Source of the DNA: Centroscyllium fabricii
Taxonomy: Eukaryota
Assembly: GCA_051313645.2 (NCBI GenBank)
Contig: JBNRSN020000010.1
Coordinates: forward strand, 182,032,001-182,096,000
DNA: 64,000 bases
Reading direction: 5' to 3'
Under the pieces are notes generated by a model, which did not search any database, was not told where the DNA came from, and saw only the letters and a list, made by a program, of their open reading frames with translations. Made by a program: the position numbers and the translations under genes. Numbering within the stretch: the stretch's first letter is position 1; each line of letters opens with the position of its first letter. Below, piece by piece: positions 23,986-36,444 of this stretch.

Positions 23986-25482
23986 ATATTACATACATAT
24001 AAAACTGACATTATGATATCAATTTACATTACATGGAACATGCTCAAATTCTAATCTGCTGAAATAGAGGTCTAGGAATAAACTAAGAGTTTGAAAATAA
24101 AATGATACCATAAAGGTCATGTTCTGCCTTTGGACAATTGCCCACTGGGAAAGGGCATATTGGAAATTCGGGAATGTGCTGCCCGCAAATTTCCGATCAT
24201 TCCAAATCAGAAAGTCTGAGAGATGCGTCACAGTGAGAAGAGCTCCCTGCTGAGAGCAGGATCTCAGAGAATTACCACTGAAATGTAAGAGGAAAAGTTG
24301 CAAGGTTGGTTACCAGCAGAAAAGCAAATTAACACAATTTAAAACTCATGCTGTTTCACGGATATAATAGATTGTTTTATTTTGTGCACGATACCATTTG
24401 TTTATATTGAGATTAAGTTAAATTGAATTTGTCCTTTTTTTCCGAGTTCCTCATTCTTCTGTTATTTTTACCTTGGGAGTTTTGCTGCAATCGCTGGCAA
24501 AACAATTTCACCACTCAGCTGTTGTTTTTAACAGCGAGCATCAAAGATAATGGATCCTAATGTGCGAAAATGAACTAAGTAAGCAATGAGGTTTACCTCG
24601 GAGGCCGCTGCCCTCCGCAGAGAATGCTGCTGAGTTGTGAGGTAGAATTATTTCGGTATTAAATAGCGATGCCGTGAGAGCGACCCCAAAGGCACGAGGC
24701 AACGCTGAGCTGGCACCCTGGCCAAGACGCTGCTGGTTCAAGCCTTGCCCTTGCCCTCGCCCTTGCCCTCGCCTGGGCCCTTTCGACTCTGCCCGAGCCA
24801 GCCAGCCAAGTGAACGGCAGCTGGTCTCAGGCAAGACGCTGAATGGATTGATGCGTGAAAGCAATGATGCTTTTGGACGGGTACCCAGGCCCTATTCCTC
24901 CCCTCTGGATTGGGATGAAGGGCAGCGAGCAACAAAGAAGAAACCCAAGATGTTGTGCTTCAGTTTCCTCCCCGTCCCAGTTTTCTTTTTTGTTACACAT
25001 TTAAAACAAGTTCTCCCTCTTTTTAGTTCCCTTCAATTGCCGCACACGCTTGTCCTGTCTGCAACCAACTGGGTGAATAGCCGATCTAGATCTCCCCCGC
25101 CCCCCACACTGCCCCCCCCCTCGTCCTCTGCCCCGCTCTAACCCAGCCTGGCAGAAGGTGCGCTGCAGGAAGCTGGAATGGGCTACGAGAAACAGTTGTT
25201 GAGGTGAGGACACTAGGCTAATTTAAGGAACAGCTGGGTGCTGTAATGGCGAGTCGGTAGAGTTGGCATTTCAGGAGGATGACATCAAATGGGCTATGTG
25301 CCTTCTTTGTCCACACCTGTCTTCTGATCTTGTAAACTTGGCCTGACTTTCCCATTCCTATTCTTCTTAACGTACATTTCCTCTTTGCCTCTGCTCCCCT
25401 GTCAAATCACCGTGAAGGGATGCCCTGAAAGAAAATAAGCTAAAAGAAAACAAATGCTGGCTGCTCCGTGAATCTGGAATGT

Positions 25483-26187
25483 GATGGGGCTGGGTGGGGG
25501 CTGGCTGGGGGTGGGGGGAGGGGCTGGGTAGGGGTGGGGGTAATGGGTGGAGGTGGCTCGTGGGGGTGGGGCTGGGGCTTGGTGGGTGGTGGGGCTGGGG
25601 CTTGGTGGGGGGTGGGTCATGGAGGTGGGGGGGCTGGGTGGTGGATGGATGGGGGTGCTGGGTGGGGGTGGGTGGGGAGGTGGCCTGGTTGGGTGGGAGA
25701 TGGGGTGTGGGGGTGGGGTTGGGTCGTGGGGGTGGGTCATGGGGCTGGGTGGGTGGGGGGATGGGGTGCTGGGTGGGGGTAGGGGGCTTGGTGGGTGGGG
25801 GGATGGGCTGGTTGGGGGCTGGTGGGTGGGGGGATGGGGTGCTGGGTGGGGGGCTTGATGGGTGGGGGGTGGGCTGTGTGGGGGTGGGGTTGGGTCGTGG
25901 GGGTGGGTCGTGGGGCTGGGTGTGTGGGGGGTGTGGTGCTAGGTGGGGGTGGGGGGTTTGGTGGGTGGGGGTGGGCTGGATGGGGGCTAGTGGGTGGGGG
26001 GATGGGGTGCTGGGTGGGGGGCTTGGTGGGTGGGGGTGGGCTGTGTGGGGGTGGGGTTGGGTTGTGGGGGTGGGTCGTGGGGCTGGGTGTGTGGGGGGAT
26101 GGGGTGCTGGGTGGGGGTGGGGGGTTTGGTGGGTGGGGGGTGGGGGGTGGGTTGGGTGGGGGTTGGGGCTGGGGGTGGGTCGTGGGG
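25483..26187. repeat. G-rich degenerate tandem repeat
   Basis: GGGGT/GGGCT/GGGTCGT units with a higher-order repeat of roughly 80-90 bp. Confidence 0.85.
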
Positions 26188-26269
26188 AAATTGTAGTAAC
26201 AAAGCACAGAAACACAAGGCCTGATTTTAACTCCAGGTGGATTTCCTCCACAGGCCTGAGTTAAAATTA

Positions 26270-26552
26270 CAGTTGGGTCACTTTCCCAAGCCCCTTCACA
26301 GCAGCGTAATAGATAAAAATTGACACCGAGCCAAAAATGGAGACATTAGGACAGGTCACTAAATGCTTGATCAAAGAGGTAGATTTTATGCAGAATCTTA
26401 AAGGAGGAGAAAGAGGGGGAGAGGCGAAGAGGTTTTGTGGAGGAAATTCCAGAGCTTTGGACCTTGACAGCTGGAGGCGCAGCCACCATTGGTGGGGGCG
26501 AAGGAGGTGGGGGATGCACAAGTGACTAGAGTTGCAGGAACGCAAAGATCTC
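26270..26552 (-). mobile_element. L2 LINE 3' end
   Basis: Reverse complement of the L2 end at 57870-58165. Confidence 0.7.
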
Positions 26553-26989
26553 AGAGTTAAACGTTAAAGGCTCGGCATAAATAGTTATTTTTGTTGTCGA
26601 TGCCATGAATTCAACCATGCTGCACAAAGTTCTATAATTTACGCACCTCTGCGGCTCTTCGCACACCTTAAAAACCTTTCACAGACACCACTGAATACAT
26701 GTCTGCTAGGCAGGGGTTCGGGCAGGCAGTTGAAAAGTGCTGCCACAGGCCAAAGCTCCCTCCTGCTTGCTCCTTGGTCACTGTGCTATCTGATATGGAT
26801 CTCAGCACAGCTAATAATCTTGGGGTCCTCAGTAACTCCTATGCCTAATAGCGGACAAACACCACAACTGTTAATCTGAAACTCTCCCCAATCCCACCTC
26901 ACCCCCCACCATTTCAGTGGAGGCATTAACCCATTTAATATAATATAAACATCTTCACTAAAATAGCAGAGACTCTACGCTATCCTCTA

Positions 26990-28225
26990 AGACTTGTGCA
27001 GTGTCCATATCTGAGCTGATGGCTGTGAGTGTGAAATCAAGTGACAGTTTGTCTTCATCACCACTGCCTTCTTGATCTTCCTCCCTGCCTGGCCAGGCTG
27101 TAGTTCTTGGGTATCTGAAAGGAAAAAAGGACAAGAAAAGGGTTGTGGGGAGGGGAGAGGGGAAAGTAAGAAGTGTAGGCTTACACCATCTGAAAATTGT
27201 AAGTCAGAAGAGATTGTGTTATGAGGGGGAAGTGGGATGTGAGAAGGAGAATTAGGTATGAGGATATTGTCACCTTCGGTGGATTCAGCCCCACCACTGG
27301 CCATGGCCTCAGCAATGGCCCTTCCGATAATGACCTCCATGGGGTTTAGAACATGCAGGCGCACCTCTCCCCTTCCTGCTGCCTCCAGTTGTACGCCACC
27401 TTCTCCTGCAAGAGAGAGGGAAGTGCATCAGTGAGTGTCGTGCAATATGTTTGGGTGATGTGGCTGTCATGGTTGAACAGCTGGCAGTGTTTGCAAGGTG
27501 TGAGGTGTGGGTGTGAGACTTGCAAGAGTGCTAAGTGTTTGAGGGTGAGGTGAAGCATATGAATGTTAGGTATGAGTCCTGACAGATAGAGTTTGTTGGT
27601 AGGTGAGTGATGGGGGTGTGAATTGAGCAGTGGCTGAGGCTAGTGGTGCGGTTGGTAGAATATGGCATTTGAAGATGCATTCACAGATGTGTGAGGTCAT
27701 TAAACATCCTGCGGCTTTGCATAGAGGTCCCCGGGGATAAACCCCTGGCAGTGACCTCCACAGATATCTGTTCCCACTACCTTCTCATCATGTGCCTGGA
27801 AGGTATCCTCCCCACCCCCTGCGGATACAGGACAATGCTCCTCCTTTCCACCTCCTCCATCAAGACCTCCAGAGCAGTGTCGGAAAACCTTGGTGCCTGC
27901 TTTCCCCCATGGTCAGCCATTGTTTGTTGCACAGCGCTATTCAGAATTATGTCAGCACTTCCAGCAGCCACAATGCACCTTCCCTTTAAGAGGTGCAGGC
28001 TAGATTTAAGCACTGCAGGCTAGCTTTAAGTAGTGATAGCAAGTAACACTATTGGGCCCCCTGCTTATGCGTGTAGCCAAGGAACAGCGGAGTTTGCCCT
28101 GGCTGCATGCTTATGAGCCAGCAGCATGAAGATGACCTGCTGCCTGCATTACATCGAATGGGTGTGGGGTAATCGTGCATCGGGATCCCCACGCTTGTTT
28201 TTGGGGGCTATCCAATTTAGCCCCC
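26990..28225 (-). mobile_element. Harbinger fossil with an intron-containing Myb/SANT-like gene remnant
   Basis: MADHGGKQAPRFSDTALEVLMEEVERRSIVLYPQG.. at ~27920-27640, plus EKVAYNWRQQ..IIGRAIAEAMASG at ~27410-27265. Right end ccaatttagccccc|taa; left TIR not found. Confidence 0.6.
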
Positions 28226-28605
28226 TAAGTGTCTTAATAGAATGTTTCTGGATTTATCGGATCTTTACATTTGTCACATCAGTAAGCCCAAGATACAAGC
28301 CTATGCAGCATAAGCAAATACAAGATACAGATGGTGCAACTGGTTGACGTTTTGCCTTTCTCTTCCCACTTTCTATTCAGTTGCTGGGACAGAGTTATAA
28401 CATAAATTGAGGGCTTCAAATTGTATCATCTCCGAGAGTCCGAAGACTTGAATGTTACAGATACTATCTGAGCTGTCGGATTCGGGTTGCCACCACAGAC
28501 TCCCTCTTGTTCTTTAAATTTAGCAATCGAGTACACTGTAAGCTACTGAGAATCAAATTTGCTTCAAACTTTAAAAGAAAATCTAACGAGAGATTGAATG
28601 ACCAC

Positions 28606-29355
28606 CAGCAACAACAACTACTTGCATTTATATAGCGCCTTTAATGTAGTAAAACATCCCAAGGCGCTTCAAGGGAGCGATTATCATAAAAAATTTGACA
28701 CCGAGCCACATAAGGAGATCTTCGGACAGATGACCAAAAGCTTGGACTAAGGGGTCGGTTTTAAGGAGGTGAGAGAGGTTTAGGGACAGAATCCAGAGTT
28801 TAGGGCCCAGGCAGCTGAAGGCACGGCCAACAATGGTTGTGGTAACCCTGTATTTACCACTTGTATATAATGTCTGTACCAGTAACGACCTTACTGCATT
28901 GCTGTATATATATCTATCTGTATATACCTGTACATACCTGGCTGCAGGAACCGCCCCACCTCTAACTCCTCCCCTCAGGTCGGAGTACACAGGTGGCTGC
29001 TCACCATCCCCCGGTTATTTACCGTCCTGAGCTCAGCCAAAGACCAGCTCTGTTCTATAGTTAATAAAAGCCTTTAGTTGAGGTAACTATTCGCCTTTGA
29101 GTCTTATTGACCATACGTCAATGGTGGAGCAATTAAAATCGGGAATGTGCAAAAGGCCATAAATGGAGAAGCACAGAGATCTCGGAGGGCTGGAGGAGGT
29201 TACAGAGATAGGGAGGGACGAGACCATGAAGGGATTTGAAAAACAATTTGAGAATTTTGAAGTTGAGGTTTCTGCTGTACCAGGAACTAATGTAGGTTAG
29301 TGAGCACAGGGGCAATGGGTGAACGGTGGACGATGCAAGTTAGGATACGGGCAGC
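28606..29355 (-). mobile_element. L2 LINE 3' end, split by a solo LTR
   Basis: (caa)n tail and ttgcatttatatagcgccttt; collinear with 57700-58165. Confidence 0.8.
28838..29120 (+). repeat. Gypsy solo LTR, 5-bp TSD ATGGT
   Basis: atggt|tgtggtaacc...aataaaagcc...catacgtca|atggt. Confidence 0.9.
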
Positions 29356-30028
29356 TTTCCGCGACATTATTGTACTGCGTTGTTTCAATGGACTAGTGCA
29401 GCAAGTCCTGTCTGTGGTGTAAGCAGATCCTGCATTATGCCACAGCTTAACTGGTTAAATTAAGGGTAAGTCAAAGTTGCGATGCTTTTTTTCTTTCTTC
29501 CATCATACAGCCCGATGGACTGCTGTACGTACACTGAAGCAACCGAGTTCACAGGGTGGTGGGATAAGTCTTTATTTTTTTTTATCTGACTTGACTTAAC
29601 ATGAACTGAATGTTGCTCTTTTATTTTCTTCTTTCAGAATTTTATTCCCATAAGCATCCGAGGTCCTCAGCTTGTTCGTGTTCAGACATGACAGCTGGCG
29701 TGGCAACGCCAAGGGAACGTCAAACACGCCCCGGACAATCAAAGCAACGTTTCAGTATGCCCTCACACCATTCAGTAGTTAAGCGTGTCCTCTTGGGCAA
29801 AATTAGTGCTGATTTAACTCTTAAAACACTGCACAATAGATTGTCGGACACAAGCCAATGATATTGAGTGCAACAGTAACATCAGACAGTAAGCTGTGCT
29901 ATATTGTCATTCAAGGCTCAGATTTACTAAGCGTCTGGGTATTTCAAAAGAGAGAAGAAAAGACTTCAACACAGCATTACCATGTACTTATGGAGTGACC
30001 GGTATCACAGTTCCGATCTAGGAGCAAA

Positions 30029-30791
30029 GGGGGAAAAATTCGGTGGCGGCCATCTTTGGGCACTAACCTCGGTGGTGCGCTACTTTTAGCGCCTGCCTAG
30101 CGCTGGCGCCGTTCCCGCTGACATTCGGTTGTAGCGCCCAAAGTAGAAGGTCAGGCGCTACTGCAGGCGCCCGACCTCGTTCTTTAGGCGCTGCAACCGA
30201 ATATCCGGCGCTGTGGGCTGAAGCGCCAGGCAGCACAGAGTGCCACGCCGCGGTACTGCAGGCCTTCCTCCCCTGATTAAAGGGGAGGGACCTAGCACGG
30301 TTTCGGCCGGAGCCCCGCGGGGCCGCCGTGGGACGCCATGCCGCCGAAGGAGCCCGGCACTCGAGGGAAGTGCCGGGCTCAGTGAGCAGAGGCAGCGCAC
30401 CGTGTGGGGGAGGCGGGGGAGGCAGCGGGGAGGCCGGGGATGGCAGAGGGGGAAGGTGCTGGCAGTCGGCCAGCAACAAAAATGGCCGCCCGGCACCCTC
30501 CCCTTTAAGCAGCGCTCCCCCCCCCGCAAGTACGACAGGATGAAGCTGTCGCGGGCAGCGTCAGACGGAACGTCAGCGGGCGCGACTCAATTTCGCTTCC
30601 CCAGGCGCGAGAGGGTCGCTGCGCGCTTTGATGACATCATCCCTGGCGGCGTGGAGCCGCGGGGCACTACCGGCTACCGCACATGCCAGCGCCCCACTGA
30701 ATATCGTGGGAGGCGCCAGGCAAGGCTTGCGCCCCATTAGCAGCCCTCTTAGCGCGCTAACGGCTGCCGCAAACCACCGAATTTCTCCCCC
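30029..30791. mobile_element. PIF/Harbinger-like CpG-rich MITE, 3-bp TSD AAA
   Basis: aaa|gggggaaaaattcggtgg ... ccaccgaatttctccccc|aaa. Confidence 0.75.
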
Positions 30792-31060
30792 AAAGTCCCA
30801 ACGCACCGTATTGTTCCCATTCTGATACTTTTATTTAATAGTCTTGATAAAAGAGGAACGTTTCCCTACTAATCACTTATGAGCTTATGATCTAGCTCCT
30901 CCGTACCATCCACCAATGGCTGAGCCCATGGGCTGTATTTAGGATGTTTGCATTGTTGTGGATGCCCTACGTTCACCTGAAATTGAAAGAGCTGTTTTAC
31001 TCAAACACCTCCTCCTCCCTCCCCCAGCATAAAGGCACCAATGAAATGTGCACCGATACA

Positions 31061-31515
31061 GTGTCAGCTGTGACTCAGTGGGTAGCACTCTCGCCTCTGA
31101 GTCAGAAGGCTATGAGTCAGAGTCCCACTCCAGGGACTTCACAAAAATCCAGGCTGGCCCTCCAGTGCAGTGCTGAGGGAGTGCTGCGCAGTCGTAGGTG
31201 CCGTCTTTGGATTAGACGTTAAACCGAGGCCCTGTCTGCTCTCTCAGGTGGATGTAAAAGATCCCACGGCACTATTTCGAAGAAGAGCAGGGGAGTTATC
31301 CCCGGTGCCCTGGCCAATATTTGTCCCTCAATCAACATCACAGAAACAGATTATCTGGTCATTATCACATAGCTGATTGTGGGAGCTTGCTGTGTGCAAA
31401 TTGGCTGCCGCGTTTCAGCAATTACAACAGTGACTACACTTCAAAATGTACTTCATTGGCTGTAAAGTGCTTTGGGACGTTCGGTGGTCATGAAAGGTGC
31501 CATATAAATGCAAGT
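31061..31515 (+). mobile_element. Deu-domain SINE (SacSINE1-like), full length
   Basis: tRNA head gctgtgactcagtgggtagcactctcgcc, Deu core and L2-like tail. Confidence 0.85.
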
Positions 31516-31809
31516 GTTGATTTCATTTTATGGATATGAGACCTCTACCAGTCAGATCTGTAGCTGTACAATATGTATGGATGTGGGGTCTGCACTTGTA
31601 TCCTTAGGGGCGGTCCCCAGTGATCGGGCAGGGGCAGAGCGGCCTGCAATCGGGAGGGGGGGAGGCGGTGTGATTGGGAGGGGCAGAGGCCCGCGATTGG
31701 GAGTGGGGAGAGACCCATGACCGCGAGGGGGGAGAGGATGCGATCAGGAGGGGGAAGAAGCCTGTCCATCATGGGGTGGTGGGGGGGGTCAATATCGACA
31801 CCAATGGAT

Positions 31810-32890
31810 GCGGATCTGTACCTCGACAATATGTACAGATGTAGGGTCTGTATCTGGACAATGTGTAGGGATGTGGGGTCTAAATCTGGACAATGTGTAG
31901 GGATGTGGGATCTGTATCTGTACAATGTGGGATCTATATCTGGACAATTGTTAGGGATGTAGGATCTGTACGTGGACAATGTGTAGGGATGTAGGATCTG
32001 TACGGGGACAATGTGTAGGGATGTGGATCTGTACCTGGACAATGTGTAGGGATGTGAGGTCTGTATCTGGGCAATGTGTAGGGATGTGAGGTCTGTATCT
32101 GGACAATGTGTAGGGATGTGAGGTCTGTATCAGGACAATGTGTAGGGGTGTGGGGTCTGTATCTGGACAATGTGTAGGGATGTGAGGTCTGTATCTGGAC
32201 AATGTGTAGGGGTGTGGGGTCTGTATCTGGACAATGTGTAGGGATGTGAGGTCTGTATCTGGACAATGTGTAAGGATGTGAGGTCTGTATCTGGACAAAT
32301 ATGTAGAGATGTAGGGTCTGTATCTGGACTATGTGTAGGGGTGTGGGGTCTGTATCTGGACAATGTGTAGGGATGTGGGGGTCTGTATCTGGACAATGTG
32401 TAGGGGTGTGGGGTCTGTATCTGGGCAATGTGTAGGGAGGTGAGGTCTGTATCTGGACAATGTGTAGGGGTGTGGGGTCTGTATCTGGACAATGTGTAGG
32501 GATGTGGGGTCTGTATCTGGGCAATGTGTAGGGAGGTGAGGTCTGTATCTGGACAATGTGTAGGGGTGTGGGGCCTGTATCTGGACAATGTGTAGGGATG
32601 TGAGGTCTGTATCTGGGCAATGTGTAGGGATGTGGGGTCTGTATCTGGACAATGTGTAGGGATGTGAGGCCTGTATCTGGACAATGTGTAGGGATGTGGG
32701 GTCTGTACCTGGACAATGTGTAGGGGTGTGGGGTCTGTACCTGGACAATGTGTAGGGATGTGAGGTCTGTATCTGGACAATGTGTAGGGGTGTGGGGCCT
32801 GTATCTGGACAATGTGTAGGGGTGTGCAGTCTGTATCTGGACAACGTGTAGGGATGTGAGGCCTGTATCTGGACAATGTGTAGGGATGTG
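31810..32890. repeat. 32-bp minisatellite gtctgtatctggacaatgtgtagggatgtgag, ~33 copies
   Basis: Direct tandem repeat; the 32-aa periodicity in the ORF track equals three units. Confidence 0.95.
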
Positions 32891-33259
32891 CTGCCCAGTG
32901 ACCACCCAGCAGAAGATGCAATTCAATCCAGTCCAATGTCTTTGGAATCCTTCCCCCTTCACCCCACCAAAAAGGCAGAATGCTTCATTATCCTGTCTCG
33001 CATTCCTTTGTGTAACCTGAGCAGGAACTCACCCAACTGTAGCTGGTCATTTCAAGTGATAAGCCAGAATGGGACTGAAGCTCATGACCTCTTGACCAAG
33101 TGTCAAACACACAACTGCTTGAACCATCAGAGCACCTCTCGGTCACCTTTCCTGACTTTCTTATTGTTGCTGCCCGACATACCTCCTGAGAATTTCAAAA
33201 TTGTGTCCATAAGGAAATTCATCAGTGATCAAAGTTCACCCATCTTGCCTCTTTTTTAT

Positions 33260-33468
33260 TCAAGGCAAGGCCAGCATTTATTGCCCATCCCGAATTGCCC
33301 GTGAGAAGGTGGTGGTGAGCCGCCTTCTAGAACCGCTGCAGTCCACATGGTGGAAGTACTGCCACAGTGCTGCCAGGGAGGCATTTCCAGGATTTTGACC
33401 CAGCAACGATAAAGGAACGGCGATATGTTTCCAAATCAGGATGGTGTGTGACTTGGAGGGGAAGTTAG
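33260..33468 (-). mobile_element. LINE (CR1/L2-group) 3' fragment; second copy at ~50850-51105
   Basis: ggcaaggccagcatttattgcccatccc...ggattttgacccagc is shared by both copies. Confidence 0.6.
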
Positions 33469-35109
33469 AAACAGGTGCATAAACGCACAAGAATGCAGAC
33501 AGGTGGCATCTGGTGCAAGTTCTGATCCATTGCTATTGACTGATGTAGGACCTGCTTTATAGTTCTTCGCCACATAGTTCCATGTTGCAGCTATTTCCAC
33601 AATCACTAAACTGGCCAGGTACACCACAAGCCAGACATAAAGTACATTGCCTCTGACAAGCTGAGGAGCACACCGATTACACCAAAGCAGCCTTTTTCAT
33701 TTTCACGCACCCGTTGTGTGCAATGTGTACGAATGTGAGGTTTGTACCTGTGCAATGTGCATGGACTAAAGTGGAACGCAAGATTGGTGCCAATCACTGG
33801 CCAGTTCTATGCCAACTTTTTGAGACATGTACTGCTGCTCGCCGGGAAATGGATAGGAACTTCCTAGGCTCGTTTTGTATAAGAACCCTTTACAATCAAC
33901 AGAGCAATAGACTATCCGCCTCACTGATTGGGCTGGATGGAGGCCTAGATCAGAAAGGCCAGGAGGACAATGCTCTCACAAACACACTGCAGCAAAATAG
34001 TCCCCTCAAGTATATATATTGAAGAATTTGCCGAAAACGGTTCATAGTCAGACCTTTTCAGATGTGAAGAAAGGGAAAAAGGTAATATGACAAGTGCTGG
34101 TAAATTGTTTTTTTTTGCAGTCAGAATACACTCTGTGTGTGCTGTCCTACTCCCTAATATAACATGTCTTTGAACTGTGGGACAGCTGCACAGAGCTGTT
34201 ATATGACATGGAAAACGTTGTGAAATATTCAAGAGGCAATGTCTCTCAATCCCCGCAGGAATTGTGAGAAGCGTCTTTTCTTCTCCCAGTCTCTCGTCAT
34301 GTTCAAATAACAAGTGTAGAGACGTGCGCTGCCTCGTGTCCCTGTGTCTCCATGTCTCCTCAGAAGCATTCCTCACATCGCTTCATTATACACACTCACA
34401 AACAGCAGGTGTTCCCGAGGCCCAGATCATTACTACCACAAACATTATCTAAATATGCGAATGTGTTGGCATTCTCTTTAAAGACACAGTATCCCCTTTT
34501 GATGGTTTATATGCTGGCTGGGCTTCGGTGGAATTATTCTACCCTTGGACTCGAATCTGAACATTAGTCTCGAAAATGTAATCACACTGTAATTCCTCAT
34601 TTACATCTCAGCCTAGGGATAAGGAAGAAAAGATTGCAGCGCAGCCTCGTTATTACAAATCTCTCGTTATAACAAGCCCTTGCCCTGGTTCCAGTGGAAG
34701 CTCCATCATAATCAGTCGAAGAGCTGGAACCATAGTAACAGGAGCCCCCGATATCAATGAATGTTTAGCCGCTCAATGATAAATCGCGCACTGTGACCCC
34801 CCCCCCCAGCTAAAGGAGTTAAATAAACTGACCGTCCACCTGCTTTGCTAAGCTCCTCTTATCTTTTAAGGTAAACACATGTGTTGGTCTTACTTTTTGG
34901 TATTCTGGAGAACACAGAGCCTCTGAAGGGAAAAGACCTCTGGCCCAATCATCCCCCCTGCCTCATAAACTTTTTAAGGCTGATGTTGCTGTTTATTACT
35001 GTGAATAAAGCTGTAAACGAAGCTTCTTCTGCGGTGAGAGTCAGTCAAAACTATGTTGGTCGTACAGTGCATGAGGTACAAGAACATGTAGCATGAGCCC
35101 ATTTCATGA

Positions 35110-35640
35110 CCATGATAAATTGACCCTTAGTGTTAGGGGGATTGAATATGTGGGGTTACGGGGATAGGGTGGGATACGTGTCAGTGTAGGTGTGGTAAAC
35201 AACCATCTTGTATTTATTGTATAGTGTCTCCCCCTTGTGTCCCCTCCTTGTAATTACTGTACTGTATGTGTGATTGTGACTCCTTGCCTTCTTGTCTGGG
35301 AGGACTCATCTGGGAGGACCCAGCTCCTTGGCTTCCTCTCCAGGCTCCGCCCACAGGGTATAAAAGTGCCAGCACACCTGAGTGCTTTCACTTTGGCTCG
35401 GAAGATCGCCAGACCTGTGTCCAGTTCTAAGTTAATAAAAGCCTCAGTTGCATCGAACCATCGACTGGGAGTAATTGATTGTGCATCAGTAGGTTCGATA
35501 GGGATCGAGGGATATGGGGAGAGGGCAGGGGCGGGGTGCTGGGTTTGGATGATCAGCCATGATCTCATTGAATGGCGGAGCAGGCTCGAAGGGCCGAATG
35601 GCCTACTCCTGCTCCTATCTTCTATGTTTCTATCTATGTT
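35110..35640 (+). mobile_element. HE1 SINE 3' half split by a solo LTR
   Basis: Collinear with 15526-15783 across the LTR. Confidence 0.85.
35191..35488 (+). repeat. Gypsy solo LTR, 5-bp TSD GTAGG
   Basis: gtagg|tgtggtaaac...tataaaa...aataaaagcc...gtgcatca|gtagg; same subfamily as 52860. Confidence 0.9.
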
Positions 35641-36444
35641 TCATCTCCAGCAACAGACCCCATTCAGTGATGGACTATCGTTGCCCTGCTCAACAGACTC
35701 CAGAGGAAAATCCATCTCTTCATCCGCTAGGCAACATAGTCCAAAGCCACGCAGACCAGCAGACCTGATGGGAATAGACTACTTCGTGTCAGAGTCTATC
35801 TTTACCGGCTGCAAAGAGATGTGGCAAGTTTGGCAGCCCTCTGCAGGATTATGACTGAAGTAGCACTGCAAGGCGGACTGCTGCTTAAAACCAAGCGCCA
35901 GGTTTAGCTCGTGCAGAAAAAGCTCAACATTCCACAGCACCACAAAGAGTCCACACAAAATAACGGCAGCAAAAACCTCATGCACTGTCAAAACCTCTCC
36001 CAGTTTCGTTGTTTCTTCAAACCAGATGTTAAACAGAGAGCAAACCTTCACTTGTCTGAAAGCTTGTGATTTAAAATAAAACTGTTGGACTATAGCCTGG
36101 TGTGTGACTTCTTGCATTTGTTTGAGCATGCATTGGGTTATCGAATCATACAGCACAGAAGGAGGCCACTCGGCCCATTGTGCCTGTGCCAGCTCTTTGA
36201 ATGAGCTCTCCAATCAGTCCCACACCCCTGCTTTTTCCCCATAGCCTGTAACTTTCTCCTTTTCATGTATTATCCAATTCCCTTTTGAAAGTTAATAATG
36301 AATCTGCTTCAGGCAATGCATTCCAGATCATAACAACTCGCTGTGTAAAATAAATTCTCCTCATCTCCCCCTAGTACAAAGTCTTTCCATGTCCCCAGTA
36401 ATATCAAAGGCCAGTTTTGTGACATAGCTGGCTTTTTACAATTG

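Noticed and set aside
22861-24011. His/Thr-rich ORFs
   Set aside because: (CA)n microsatellite read-through into a Rex1/Babar fragment.
25367-26264. Long Pro/His-rich and Gly/Trp-rich ORFs
   Set aside because: Low-complexity G-rich repeat open in many frames.
29638-29861. Possible terminal exon after a strong polypyrimidine-cag
   Set aside because: No recognisable peptide in any frame and no supporting donor; too weak to call.
30029-30791. CpG-island promoter or GC-rich ORFs
   Set aside because: Bounded by TIRs and a TSD and related to 4293-5058, so explained as a transposon.
31934-32962. 342-aa repetitive ORF, or a CRISPR-like array
   Set aside because: Head-to-tail 32-bp units with no unique spacers or cas genes, in a eukaryotic context.
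33945-34452. 143-aa ORF in unique DNA
   Set aside because: No recognisable domain or convincing splice sites.
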